Source: a virus
Taxonomy: Duplodnaviria; Caudoviricetes
Virus record (IMG/VR): IMGVR_UViG_3300033402_000012
Location: 1-61,282 of that record
DNA length: 61,282 bases
Strand: one strand, 5' to 3'
Positions within the stretch are counted from its first letter, which is position 1. Each line of letters starts with the position of its first letter. Under the pieces are notes generated by a model. That model was not told where the DNA came from. It did not search any database and was given only the letters and a program-made list of their open reading frames with translations. The position numbers and the translations under genes were made by a program. Below, piece by piece: positions 27,801-35,897 of the stretch.

Positions 27801-30800
27801 AACTTTGGGTTGAAGCCCAAGGATTTTACTGGTGAAGGTTTATCTGCAAGGGCGAAGCGTGCAGGTGAAATGGATATGACTGTCTTTAAAACAGACTATG
27901 CCAAGACACCTTATAGGGGATGGTTGACTAAAGACGGTCATGCCGTTTCATTAGACAAGTCTTCTTTGATGCACGACAGCGCTGCGCATGTTTTTTATCC
28001 AGAACTCTCGCATCTTGGCTATGAAGAAACTCTTGATGCGATGTTTAAGAATGGCATGATTCGTAAGAGTATTCCGTGTGTCTATCAATGTGGAACCCCG
28101 TCAGCCGACATTCTATCCACTATTGAAAATGACATTTGGAATAATAAGATGCACGGCCACAACGTCCAGATTGAATTTGCTGACCCCAATCGTGGCGGTC
28201 GTGTGCGGAGTATTTGGGTGGATGAAGGTTGGGACCAACTGAAGCCGTCGTTCCAGCGCGCATATCGTGAAGCCTTGCGAAATGAGTCTACTGATGCACA
28301 GCGTCGTTCCGCGATGGGCGACCCTCTCTATGAAGAACTCAAGAAGGGCGATGAGAAGAAACCGCTTGATGACCTCATTAAAAAGGCTAATAGCCAGAAT
28401 CTTTATTCTGCTGACCCCAATCTCTTGAGTCTAGATGCCATTCGTCATTCGATGAATATGACCAAGGATGTTGTGCGAGCATCGGGTCTGACTCCCGAAG
28501 AATGGTTTAATGGAAAAGGTCAGAGTGACGATGGAATAACTCCGCGAATGAAGTCTCAACTCCTGACTCAGCAAAAGGATTTGTCCGCTGTTGAGCGCAG
28601 CAAGAGCATTCGTTGGGCGCAGATTCCCGGTCGCTTCTGGCAGATGCTTGACCCATTTGCTAAGGTTACTGACCGTCCTAATCCCCTACAGCAACTCACA
28701 ATGTCATGGGATGAAGAAGGTCTAGCTATTCGTAAGGGTGGAGATGTTGGACTCTATGCCACCCTGCGAACTGCGGTGTCCGGCATTCGTGGTTCTGTAT
28801 CTGTGTCTCGCCAAATGTATCGTTCCATTGAGAATGATGCGCTCTCTGCTGGCTTGCACAATCAAGTTACTGCCCTCTTGAACTTAGATGGTGGCTTACT
28901 AGCCCATCAAGTTCTCCGCGAACACTTTGATGACTTGAAGGGACAAGTTGAAAGCCTCACTAAGTCTCTTGACCTAGCTAGTGACTTCCGCGAACAACTC
29001 AAGATTCAAGATAGCATCAAAGATGCCACAAGTAAGATGAAGGACATTGCGGAGAAGGTATCTTCTGGCAAGGCCGCTCCCGGCGGTATGACTGAAGACG
29101 CCTTGAAGCAAGAACGCTTCCAATTGCAGCAAGGTCTGGGTCCTGAGAAGTGGTCACAGGTTAATGACCTAGCCAATCGGGTCTATGCCGAGAACCGCAA
29201 GATGCTGGACCTAATTGCTGATACTCAGAATAAGGGTAAGAACGCAGTTATTCCACAGGCTCTTTATGAGAAATTCGCAGCCCGTGGCGATAAGTATATT
29301 CCTATGCAGCGTATACTTTCTGAACTCTCAGAGAATAGTGGAACTTTCTTTGGCAAGACTTCTCCACTGTGGCTCCGTGAGCAGAAGGTTGTCAGGAATA
29401 TGGAAGGGTCTGAATTAATCAACATAGACCCGTGGACGGCTTCTGCACAGCAACATGCTGAAGTCATTCGAGAGTTCTATCGCAATAAAACTCTTAATAC
29501 TTTCCTAGACGCGGCCCAAAAGAATCCGTTGATGAAAGAAGACTTTCACCCTGTTAATGCGGATTACAAGGCTGTGCGCGGTGAGAAGGTTGTTGGCTCT
29601 TATCAGAATGGAGTCCTACAACGTTATTCTGTTCCAAGCTGGCTTGCGGATTCTCTCGATACAACTTCACTCTCCCAAGCCAAGACCGTACTCGGTATGG
29701 TAAATCGTGCGTTAACTGGTATATTTAAATCCGGCGCTACAGTTTATAATCCAACTTGGGTGGCTACTCGTCAACTTCCGGTAGTTGCGGGCCGTGCTTT
29801 ACTCACAGCCGAAGGCCCTGTTAATCCTGTATTGATTGCTAAAGCATTTAAAGATGCCGTTGTGAGAACTTGGTCACATGACCTTGAATGGCAGGAAGCG
29901 GCAAAAACAGGGTTCTTGCGAAATTCTGTTATGGGATTGTTGTACCCTGAAGATGATTTAAGCCTAAAAGATTTGCTTTATAAGGGTCAAGCTTTCACAA
30001 GTCCCAAAAAGATGGCTATGACTCTTCGTGCGCTTTCAGATTATGCAACTCAAACCCTTCAACTTAATCATTACATGCGTTTGCGTCAAGCTGGATATAG
30101 CGCCGAACAAGCTGCCTTCCAAACACAACACTATGGACCACTTCCTGACTACGCCCAAATGGGCAAAGCAGATGGATGGCTCCCGGCGGCTACTACGTTC
30201 TTGCGAGCGGATTGGGCGCACATACGCAGCACATTGGCTTTGGCTTCAGAGCCTAAGTATGCTGGTCGCTTGGCGATGGCTGGAATGGCTGTTGGACTGG
30301 CGACGATGGCTATTGCTAATCACAACATTCAACAGAAAGATGATAGTGGGCGCTCACTGTGGGCGCGAATTCCCAACACCGAAAAGGAAAAGTATTGGGT
30401 GTGCTTGACTGGCGGAGTTGACACAAATGGAAGACCAAACAAACTTCTAATACCGAAGCCAGACTACGTTCGTATTCTTTTCAACCTGATGGAAGATGCA
30501 ATTTACCATCAGCTTGACCAGACGATGAAAACGAATGCAGATGACCGTTCTGTTCGGCAGTTGTTCCTCAATGCTGCGTCTAGATTCATTCCGGCTAATC
30601 CGCGCTTCGATGAAAACGCAATGACAAGTCCTATGCGGACAGTGGGTGAAATTGGACAGAAGACGGGAGCGGCTTTGTGGGGCCAAACTGTCCCACTAAT
30701 TCGTACCCCAATTGAGGAAGGATTCGGACAAAAGATTGGTGCAGATGGCAGGCCACAACCTATAGTCTCCAATCCTAAACTAGTAGAAGACTATCAAGGC

Positions 30801-31382
30801 TATGGAAAACGGGGAGTGTCTCCGGCGGCTATGGTTGCTGGTAGAGCGATGAACATATCCCCGGAACGTGTCGAACACACCGCTCAAGGAATGCTTGGTC
30901 CAGCGGCGGGATATATTGAGCGTGCGGTGAACCCAATGGTACAAGACCAGTTCCCACGAATGCAAGGTAACTTGCCAAACAAGCAAGACATACTGCGCGG
31001 AACTCAGTATGACCAAGACATAATGTCTAAGACCAATAAGTTCTACACTCAGACTGAGCCATTCCGTCAGGCTTATTCCACGATGGAAATGCTAAAGAAG
31101 CAAGACCCTGACCAAGCCATGCAATTCTTAATGGCACATCAACAAGATGTGTTCAAGGGTCAACTGGCTTCTAAGGCTGAGGAACGCTTGGCGAAGTTGA
31201 AGTCCTACGAGAACTATGTTCAAAACAACCGCGACATTGACGACCAGACTCGCACGAAGCAACTTGAGAACTTGCGTGATATGAAGCTACTTATCTTCCG
31301 CACGTTCGATGATATGATGAATGCTCAGTCGGGCAATAGTCTACCGGGACGCGAGTCTACGGTTGGTTCGACTAGGCCTTAA
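24861..31382 (+). CDS. Large polyvalent injected protein with zincin-like motif and LPD38-like C-terminus
   Basis: 2173 aa; WHEFGH...EEAFAR (HExxH plus E); IPNTEKEKYW...IPKP...IEEGFG pattern. Confidence 0.75.
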   Translation: MPNGDAIPLKPGETFGQPNNSHLLQEGETLGSTDGSHLLQSGETLGPPQKGPEQSYTLSDLGTPHSIAPEEGIASRFFDRPATPLPPRMSIGEKAVHSVDQVFQTAKDYYTPPSGSSAIERLPEGFMRGVIGLAQFPVQAIEAGAMPAQTPEEAVVQASSGGSPVGLMAKRLGYDPQAQMAEVAKQRAEQGRTSESMAYSAAAGIPIFGPIAASAGETAGKGDVAGAIGETAALFTVPELIRGARAELARTPFDEFRGRPLQETPSVDLGTIRTGGGFKESGVNVDIRQREFPFSKTSVAPEPAIQGPSEPIDVRSSATEAAGDVKTTALARIPKPEIEDTRIPQRLGQPVQATLAGNQATMREATPEPIVGQQLGLSPSDQWRIDLKNIWHATDDQSNMFMRFMQRRAEMHDMSLDGWLNQWKFQVNVEPEHEIATRRAQIRFNMQEHSALITAFQNANPDFSTIWHEFGHVLRRDLTPDELNHAEKVFNIDPSQNHKWNVNQEEAFARAHDRWLVYGESPTPEMNGVFQKVSKFLSDTYHDWRSRFDGRGVGTRVGEDAQGNAIFKNPLDMDKFAGSDAFFDRMYRKTHEVNEAANVPRGELTPAFADEVKEEDRPSAYPTSDVSGNVASAIKKMVDNDINLKNASTPEQAEAYRNLKSYSKDPVTGAVSYGPLADKFVRAVKQNFDGMYTRDLPALVDGLRAKAKSFADLAHQISSHVTQDVALETKRPIAGGEESVTDMLKDLLRPGGPVHTGIVSEAGERGLVAEFTNVGPGVRSIISESRGFLPRQSWDSFEPFDGEKAPQNISALMTLREKTKISLQNSLAELGQLQKDLVVAKDFADTTGNQEKVSEVSDRIESSINKFKDLTGRLDAIENVSGRYPTQRQYGRTETMPARDAQGNLRQPGPLETVTIKMAEEYMGRKMNKIPTPEELQERAYELGQTAKYYQKVSDLAKGALDRRNATGQALPDELVEEKKNFGLKPKDFTGEGLSARAKRAGEMDMTVFKTDYAKTPYRGWLTKDGHAVSLDKSSLMHDSAAHVFYPELSHLGYEETLDAMFKNGMIRKSIPCVYQCGTPSADILSTIENDIWNNKMHGHNVQIEFADPNRGGRVRSIWVDEGWDQLKPSFQRAYREALRNESTDAQRRSAMGDPLYEELKKGDEKKPLDDLIKKANSQNLYSADPNLLSLDAIRHSMNMTKDVVRASGLTPEEWFNGKGQSDDGITPRMKSQLLTQQKDLSAVERSKSIRWAQIPGRFWQMLDPFAKVTDRPNPLQQLTMSWDEEGLAIRKGGDVGLYATLRTAVSGIRGSVSVSRQMYRSIENDALSAGLHNQVTALLNLDGGLLAHQVLREHFDDLKGQVESLTKSLDLASDFREQLKIQDSIKDATSKMKDIAEKVSSGKAAPGGMTEDALKQERFQLQQGLGPEKWSQVNDLANRVYAENRKMLDLIADTQNKGKNAVIPQALYEKFAARGDKYIPMQRILSELSENSGTFFGKTSPLWLREQKVVRNMEGSELINIDPWTASAQQHAEVIREFYRNKTLNTFLDAAQKNPLMKEDFHPVNADYKAVRGEKVVGSYQNGVLQRYSVPSWLADSLDTTSLSQAKTVLGMVNRALTGIFKSGATVYNPTWVATRQLPVVAGRALLTAEGPVNPVLIAKAFKDAVVRTWSHDLEWQEAAKTGFLRNSVMGLLYPEDDLSLKDLLYKGQAFTSPKKMAMTLRALSDYATQTLQLNHYMRLRQAGYSAEQAAFQTQHYGPLPDYAQMGKADGWLPAATTFLRADWAHIRSTLALASEPKYAGRLAMAGMAVGLATMAIANHNIQQKDDSGRSLWARIPNTEKEKYWVCLTGGVDTNGRPNKLLIPKPDYVRILFNLMEDAIYHQLDQTMKTNADDRSVRQLFLNAASRFIPANPRFDENAMTSPMRTVGEIGQKTGAALWGQTVPLIRTPIEEGFGQKIGADGRPQPIVSNPKLVEDYQGYGKRGVSPAAMVAGRAMNISPERVEHTAQGMLGPAAGYIERAVNPMVQDQFPRMQGNLPNKQDILRGTQYDQDIMSKTNKFYTQTEPFRQAYSTMEMLKKQDPDQAMQFLMAHQQDVFKGQLASKAEERLAKLKSYENYVQNNRDIDDQTRTKQLENLRDMKLLIFRTFDDMMNAQSGNSLPGRESTVGSTRP

Positions 31383-31561
31383 TCTACCACGCGAACGTGA
31401 CGCCTATTCCTCCGGCGAATAACCAGTAAGCTGCCATCCTCCAATTCTTCTGGTAAGCGAAACCTATAGCAGCACAGAACGATAGGATGGCAATTACCCA
31501 AGCGAATGTCTTTCCCCAATTCATGTTTTCTCCTTAACACAGGACCCATTACTGGTGGTAT

Positions 31562-32269
31562 ATGAAACGCTGTCTTTACCCTTCTCGAACCTGGCTCGGT
31601 CGTTACACCGCATGGCTCTTGAAACTCAAGCGCCGTGAGGTATGGCATAACGTGTGCATACAGATAGAACACTTCTTTTCTTACTTCCCGCGAACGGCTG
31701 GCCTCGAAGAGTTCACCATTTCTGATGTGGTTGACTACAAACAATGGCGCTTGAGCGAAGGCATGGACTCAGAAAAACTCAACAAGGAAATCCGTGAAGT
31801 CTCGAAGTTTTGGGAGTGGTGCCTAGACCACGGCATGAAGTCTTGGAACCCCTGTGTCTATCGCCCCTATGCCAAACCAAAAGGAAAAAACCGCCTTAGT
31901 CTTTTTGACCTAAAGCGGCTATTGGCAGAGTGTGAAAATGATGAAACCCGCGAATGGATTTTATGGTGTATAGGTATTGCTGAGAATCATAGTAGCTGGC
32001 ACATTCGGCGGATTGGCAAAGACCTTCGCAAGGCTTGTGCTGCGATGGGTTTGCCTTTGATGCGTCTTAAAACATTTAGCGTAGTTATCAAAGAAAGCCT
32101 TTGGTCCGAGATTATCAGGAAGAATCACGACCAGCTTCGTGACGCCTTTCTCTCGAAAGCCGAGACTTCTAGCGATACTTTCGCTGACATCCAAATCCCG
32201 CCCCTTGATATACGGCCCCCGGTCTTCTACGACTCCGACTACCATGCGGTTATTGGCGGGGTTCAGTAG
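31562..32269 (+). CDS. Tyrosine-recombinase-like core-binding domain without a recognisable catalytic domain
   Basis: DVVDYKQWRLSEGMDSEKLNKEIREVSKFWEWC...NP; no HxxR/Y tetrad visible. Confidence 0.6.
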   Translation: MKRCLYPSRTWLGRYTAWLLKLKRREVWHNVCIQIEHFFSYFPRTAGLEEFTISDVVDYKQWRLSEGMDSEKLNKEIREVSKFWEWCLDHGMKSWNPCVYRPYAKPKGKNRLSLFDLKRLLAECENDETREWILWCIGIAENHSSWHIRRIGKDLRKACAAMGLPLMRLKTFSVVIKESLWSEIIRKNHDQLRDAFLSKAETSSDTFADIQIPPLDIRPPVFYDSDYHAVIGGVQ

Positions 32270-32557
32270 CTTCAGCTTTGTTCCGAATGGGAGCGTGCGT
32301 GAGGCTATGAGCGGCTTGTCAGGATTGAACTTCCTTCCGTCCGCCATAGTCCTACCCCGATATTCTTCGCCGTACCAACTCGCCGTAAGCTTCAGGGAAG
32401 GTCTTTCCACGGGCGTGACGGGAGAATCTGAGAGTGACTGACTTACCGTCCCCGATAATCTCCCACCCACCAAAGGGTCTTGAGTTCTCCGGGTCGGTAG
32501 TGTTGGCGACGCCAGCGTTAGGAATAATATAACTATTGATAACACTTTCCACATCAT
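31961..32557 (-). CDS. rlpA: RlpA-like lytic transglycosylase (double-psi beta-barrel) with signal peptide
   Basis: ASWYG, TMADG, ASRTLPFGT, VEDRGPY, DLDVS motifs. Confidence 0.9.
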   Translation of the reverse strand: MMWKVLSIVILFLTLASPTLPTRRTQDPLVGGRLSGTVSQSLSDSPVTPVERPSLKLTASWYGEEYRGRTMADGRKFNPDKPLIASRTLPFGTKLKLLNPANNRMVVGVVEDRGPYIKGRDLDVSESIARSLGFREKGVTKLVVILPDNLGPKAFFDNYAKCFKTHQRQTHRSTSLAKVFANPPNVPATMILSNTYTP

Positions 32558-32906
32558 TCGTCTCCTGTATACCGCCCGGTATGGGCGGCTTTTTTATTGG
32601 CGGTCTATCGTCAAGGTCTGGTCTGCGTTTTACCGTATCCATGAGCATTGCCAATGATGCTGCTGCATGGTCAAGATGGTCAAGTCCAGAATCAGAGTCC
32701 GGTGTCTGTTCCCACATCCATTGTAGTAAATGCCGCATGAGTGCGGCAGCCAGTCTTGTTGTGGTTATCCCACCCATCCAATTCCAACTGCCATACTTCT
32801 TCGCTCCGTGCATGAACGCACGGGCCATTCCATACTGAATCTCAGGTGGATTAAAATACAACGCAGGTTTCTCACCGTCAAACTTCTTACCCTCTTGGGA
32901 GGACAT
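32352..32906 (-). CDS. DUF5664 dATP/dGTP diphosphohydrolase-like protein
   Basis: GKKFDGEK, GAKKYGSWNW, ALMRHL, DSGLDHLDHA. Confidence 0.85.
   Translation of the reverse strand: MSSQEGKKFDGEKPALYFNPPEIQYGMARAFMHGAKKYGSWNWMGGITTTRLAAALMRHLLQWMWEQTPDSDSGLDHLDHAAASLAMLMDTVKRRPDLDDRPPIKKPPIPGGIQETNDVESVINSYIIPNAGVANTTDPENSRPFGGWEIIGDGKSVTLRFSRHARGKTFPEAYGELVRRRISG
32572..32595 (+). terminator. Intrinsic terminator facing the + strand
   Basis: CCGCCC-GGTAT-GGGCGG then CTTTTTT. Confidence 0.6.
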
Positions 32907-32997
32907 ATTTTAGTATATACTCCTTAAATTCTATGATTGCGCTATAACTACCGAGAACCAAAGCCACAATTGGGACTCCTATATATAGGAATCTCAT

Positions 32998-33558
32998 TTA
33001 ATTTTCCGTTATGGTTCTAAAGCGTTCTAGGAATCTTTGTTCTGCCTCGAAGGGAATATAGAATTGGAGACGAACGGTGTCCGGTACTTTTATGGGTTCA
33101 GCTTCCCAATCTTTTTCGTTCTCTTTCCAAGAAAGGCCAGTCATTAACGCCGCCTTTTCTGCATAGAGAAGAATGTTATCCGCATCCTTTATTTGCTGTG
33201 TTGGAGGCCAATAGAAATGCAATTTATTGGCTATTGCTATCATAATCCTGTTCTCAACATCAAAATATGGATTACCGATAGGTGTGCAGTGTTTAACAGG
33301 ACGAGCTAAATCTGAAAGATAAGCCTCGCTCGCGTCGTGCATCAAGCCTGACAATTTTTCAATGGGAGTTTTACCAGATAAGTAGCTTACATTAACTGAG
33401 TGTTCCGCTACACTATAAAATTGTCTAACATGCCCCGTCCACCTACACTGATTGGATAAAGCATGAGCAATATCTCGGATACAAATTTCTTCTGGCTGTG
33501 GGTCAAGAATATGAAACTTCTTGCCAGTGAAAGTTTCAATCCACGCACTATCACTCAT
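32998..33558 (-). CDS. HD-domain 5'-deoxynucleotidase (YfbR/YfdR-like)
   Basis: DIAHALS..CRW.GH, YSVAEHS, MHDASEAY.SD, ADN; ATG at 33558. Confidence 0.9.
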   Translation of the reverse strand: MSDSAWIETFTGKKFHILDPQPEEICIRDIAHALSNQCRWTGHVRQFYSVAEHSVNVSYLSGKTPIEKLSGLMHDASEAYLSDLARPVKHCTPIGNPYFDVENRIMIAIANKLHFYWPPTQQIKDADNILLYAEKAALMTGLSWKENEKDWEAEPIKVPDTVRLQFYIPFEAEQRFLERFRTITEN

Positions 33559-33560
33559 TA

Positions 33561-34334
33561 CTACCTCCCGTATTGCTTTCCTCCATACGAACATCTTCCA
33601 TCATACACGATGATAGGGAAAAGGTTGAACTGCCCGTTGCTGAAGATATCTATGGTAACAAATCCATTTAACCAAGCTGTGGGACGATTTCTTAGGTAAG
33701 TAGGATTAACCGCACCCGCTGTGGGAGCGATATAAGCTTGCCATTTGTTGGTAGTCTGAACAGGCGATACTTTTGTAAAGGTTTGCGGGGAATGAGTGTG
33801 TCCGGCAAGGACATTCCCTGCATAGAGTTCAACAGCCTTTTTAGCAGGAAAAACTCCGCATTGATTTCCGATTCCACTTAGAATCTCTCCGTGAACTATA
33901 TTAAGCTTTCCAAGTTTATATGCATGACCAAGAGGAATAATTTCCCAACCACGTTCAATCAATCTCAGCAATCTAATATGATTGCACACATCTTCAAGTT
34001 CAGGATGCCTCTCAAGGAAGTCTTGCTCAAACCGTTCGTGATTTCCAATAATCCAAACCTTCTTGCAGTGTCGTGGTAGTAATCTCTCTAGTGGAGTTAG
34101 TATGTCTCGGTCAAAACCTTCAATGTCACTCATGTAACTGCGACGAGTTCGGTAGAGCGGAAGACCCTCTGTATGGTGGGAGATGCAATCCAGATGCAAT
34201 TGGTCGCCACCAAGGATAAATTCATCGGGCGGGTTTTGTTTCACGAAATCAAAGATGCAACCCCAAGTTGGTTTATGCCAGAGAGGGTAGTGAGTATCGT
34301 GCACATCAATGACGCGCTTAATCTTATCGGGCAT
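33561..34334 (-). CDS. Calcineurin-like metallophosphoesterase
   Basis: DTH, GGD..D, GNHE, HG, GHTH. Confidence 0.9.
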   Translation of the reverse strand: MPDKIKRVIDVHDTHYPLWHKPTWGCIFDFVKQNPPDEFILGGDQLHLDCISHHTEGLPLYRTRRSYMSDIEGFDRDILTPLERLLPRHCKKVWIIGNHERFEQDFLERHPELEDVCNHIRLLRLIERGWEIIPLGHAYKLGKLNIVHGEILSGIGNQCGVFPAKKAVELYAGNVLAGHTHSPQTFTKVSPVQTTNKWQAYIAPTAGAVNPTYLRNRPTAWLNGFVTIDIFSNGQFNLFPIIVYDGRCSYGGKQYGR

Positions 34335-34342
34335 CTAATCTC

Positions 34343-34546
34343 CTAATTAGTGGTGGGTTCAAAATGTTCAGTCGCTTCTGTGAAACCTTTGCTATATCCT
34401 AGCTCGTAACCATCTTCAAATGCGCGGTTAAATAACTCATTCAAACCCTCCGCTATAGGCTCTTGCTCGACAACATATACTCCAAACTTCTTAAAGAACT
34501 CCGCTACCCTCTCTGTGTTAGCCGCTAGGCCCATGAAACCCTCCAC
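34343..34546 (-). CDS. Hypothetical protein
   Basis: GGAGG RBS; AFEDGYELGYSKG motif. Confidence 0.5.
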   Translation of the reverse strand: MEGFMGLAANTERVAEFFKKFGVYVVEQEPIAEGLNELFNRAFEDGYELGYSKGFTEATEHFEPTTN

Positions 34547-35399
34547 CCTCCCTTGCGTTTAAATCTTGATAGCCATTATCTGTCAGAACAATAGAAAACC
34601 TTTGTTCCTTCACGAATCTTCCTTCAACGTGAATGTTACGGGCATTGTCGTTACGCTGATGTTTAGAAAGCATCAAGCAATGGTCTACACCACCAACGAT
34701 TGCCGATGAACCTCTGGCGTCCCTTAAATCCGCAAAATCTTTGAAGCGAGGATTCTTCGGGTCTTCCACTGGCTTGCGGATATGATGGACGAGAACAATT
34801 GCTAGATTCGGCTTACCCAAAAACAAATGCTTCAATGCCATCAGTCGCTCTGCTATACATGCGCTATCATTCTCTCCACCCGGTGGAAGTGATGCGAATG
34901 AAGAGAATGTATCAATCACAAGCACACTGCTCCGCGTGTGCAGAAGTTTGTCGCCCCAATATGCTATGCTTGTTCTCCAATCCACCGTGGGAGCATACTC
35001 AGGAAAGAGCATATAAAGATTCTCATTGGTTGTGAAATTAGGAATACTCTCTGCCTCTTGTCTGAAGCTAACTTCATTCTGCTCAGTAACATACAAGACA
35101 TTTGTCTTCCTGACTTCGTCGCCAAGAAATCTTGTCCCAAGAGAAATCGAATTGGTGAGATACCATGCCAACGTAGACTTCCCTGCCTTGGGTTCTCCCG
35201 CAATTAGATTCAATGCGCCTGCATAGATGAAGCCGGGAACATAGGATAGAATTGGTGGCTTGGGACGACGGAACAAACTAGCACAAGAGATAACAGGCTT
35301 GATGCCATCTTCAAGCTGTTCTTCTTCGATGTAGTGTGAATACGCTACTTCAAATTCATTGAAGCTGGTTATAGGATACGCGGGTTCAGCTTCGGGCAT
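34518..35399 (-). CDS. RecA-fold (AAA_25/RepA-like) helicase
   Basis: GEPKAGKST, LYVTEQ, LVIDT, VHHIRK, ARGSSAI. Confidence 0.85.
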   Translation of the reverse strand: MPEAEPAYPITSFNEFEVAYSHYIEEEQLEDGIKPVISCASLFRRPKPPILSYVPGFIYAGALNLIAGEPKAGKSTLAWYLTNSISLGTRFLGDEVRKTNVLYVTEQNEVSFRQEAESIPNFTTNENLYMLFPEYAPTVDWRTSIAYWGDKLLHTRSSVLVIDTFSSFASLPPGGENDSACIAERLMALKHLFLGKPNLAIVLVHHIRKPVEDPKNPRFKDFADLRDARGSSAIVGGVDHCLMLSKHQRNDNARNIHVEGRFVKEQRFSIVLTDNGYQDLNAREGGGFHGPSG

Positions 35400-35409
35400 T
35401 GAGCCTCAC

Positions 35410-35751
35410 TTAATTTTTGAAAGGAACAATATTATTCGTAGAGGCAGGTTCCGCAGCCGTAATAGCTTCCTCGGTATCTAATTCCTTGGCTCTATCAAGC
35501 AGCTTCTTCTGAATGACAGACTTCATAAACATTTCTTCAGCGATGGCATTGAAGTATTCTTCGACTGTACAGAGTTCTTCTGGCAGCACACCAATCACAG
35601 TGTATTCATTTGAACCTTCGCTGGACACAAGTGGAATCCGCACATTCACCATTCCAGTTTCAGGAAATTCCTTCAGCACAAAAACCTTATCCCCACTCGT
35701 CTTCATCACGGCGACATCGCCAACCTTAACTGACATTATTATTGCCTCCAT
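35410..35751 (-). CDS. Hypothetical SH3-like protein
   Basis: KVGDVAVMK pattern. Confidence 0.55.
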   Translation of the reverse strand: MEAIIMSVKVGDVAVMKTSGDKVFVLKEFPETGMVNVRIPLVSSEGSNEYTVIGVLPEELCTVEEYFNAIAEEMFMKSVIQKKLLDRAKELDTEEAITAAEPASTNNIVPFKN

Positions 35752-35897
35752 TTAAAATTTCGCTATAAGTTTTTACACATTCATAATTATGTGGCGATAC
35801 TTTACGAAGAACTATCACTCCCTTTGCATTCCAAGCAGCAGGAAGTTTTTCATTTCCCTCTAGAATAATCTCAAACGAGCCATCTCCCGGCTCAAAA

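Noticed and set aside
31562-32269. Functional integrase and temperate lifestyle
   Set aside because: Catalytic residues not visible; no repressor or att site recognised
32352-33558. 2-aminoadenine (Z) genome pathway suggested by DUF5664 plus HD hydrolase
   Set aside because: No PurZ/adenylosuccinate synthetase homolog recognised; both families are common in ordinary phages
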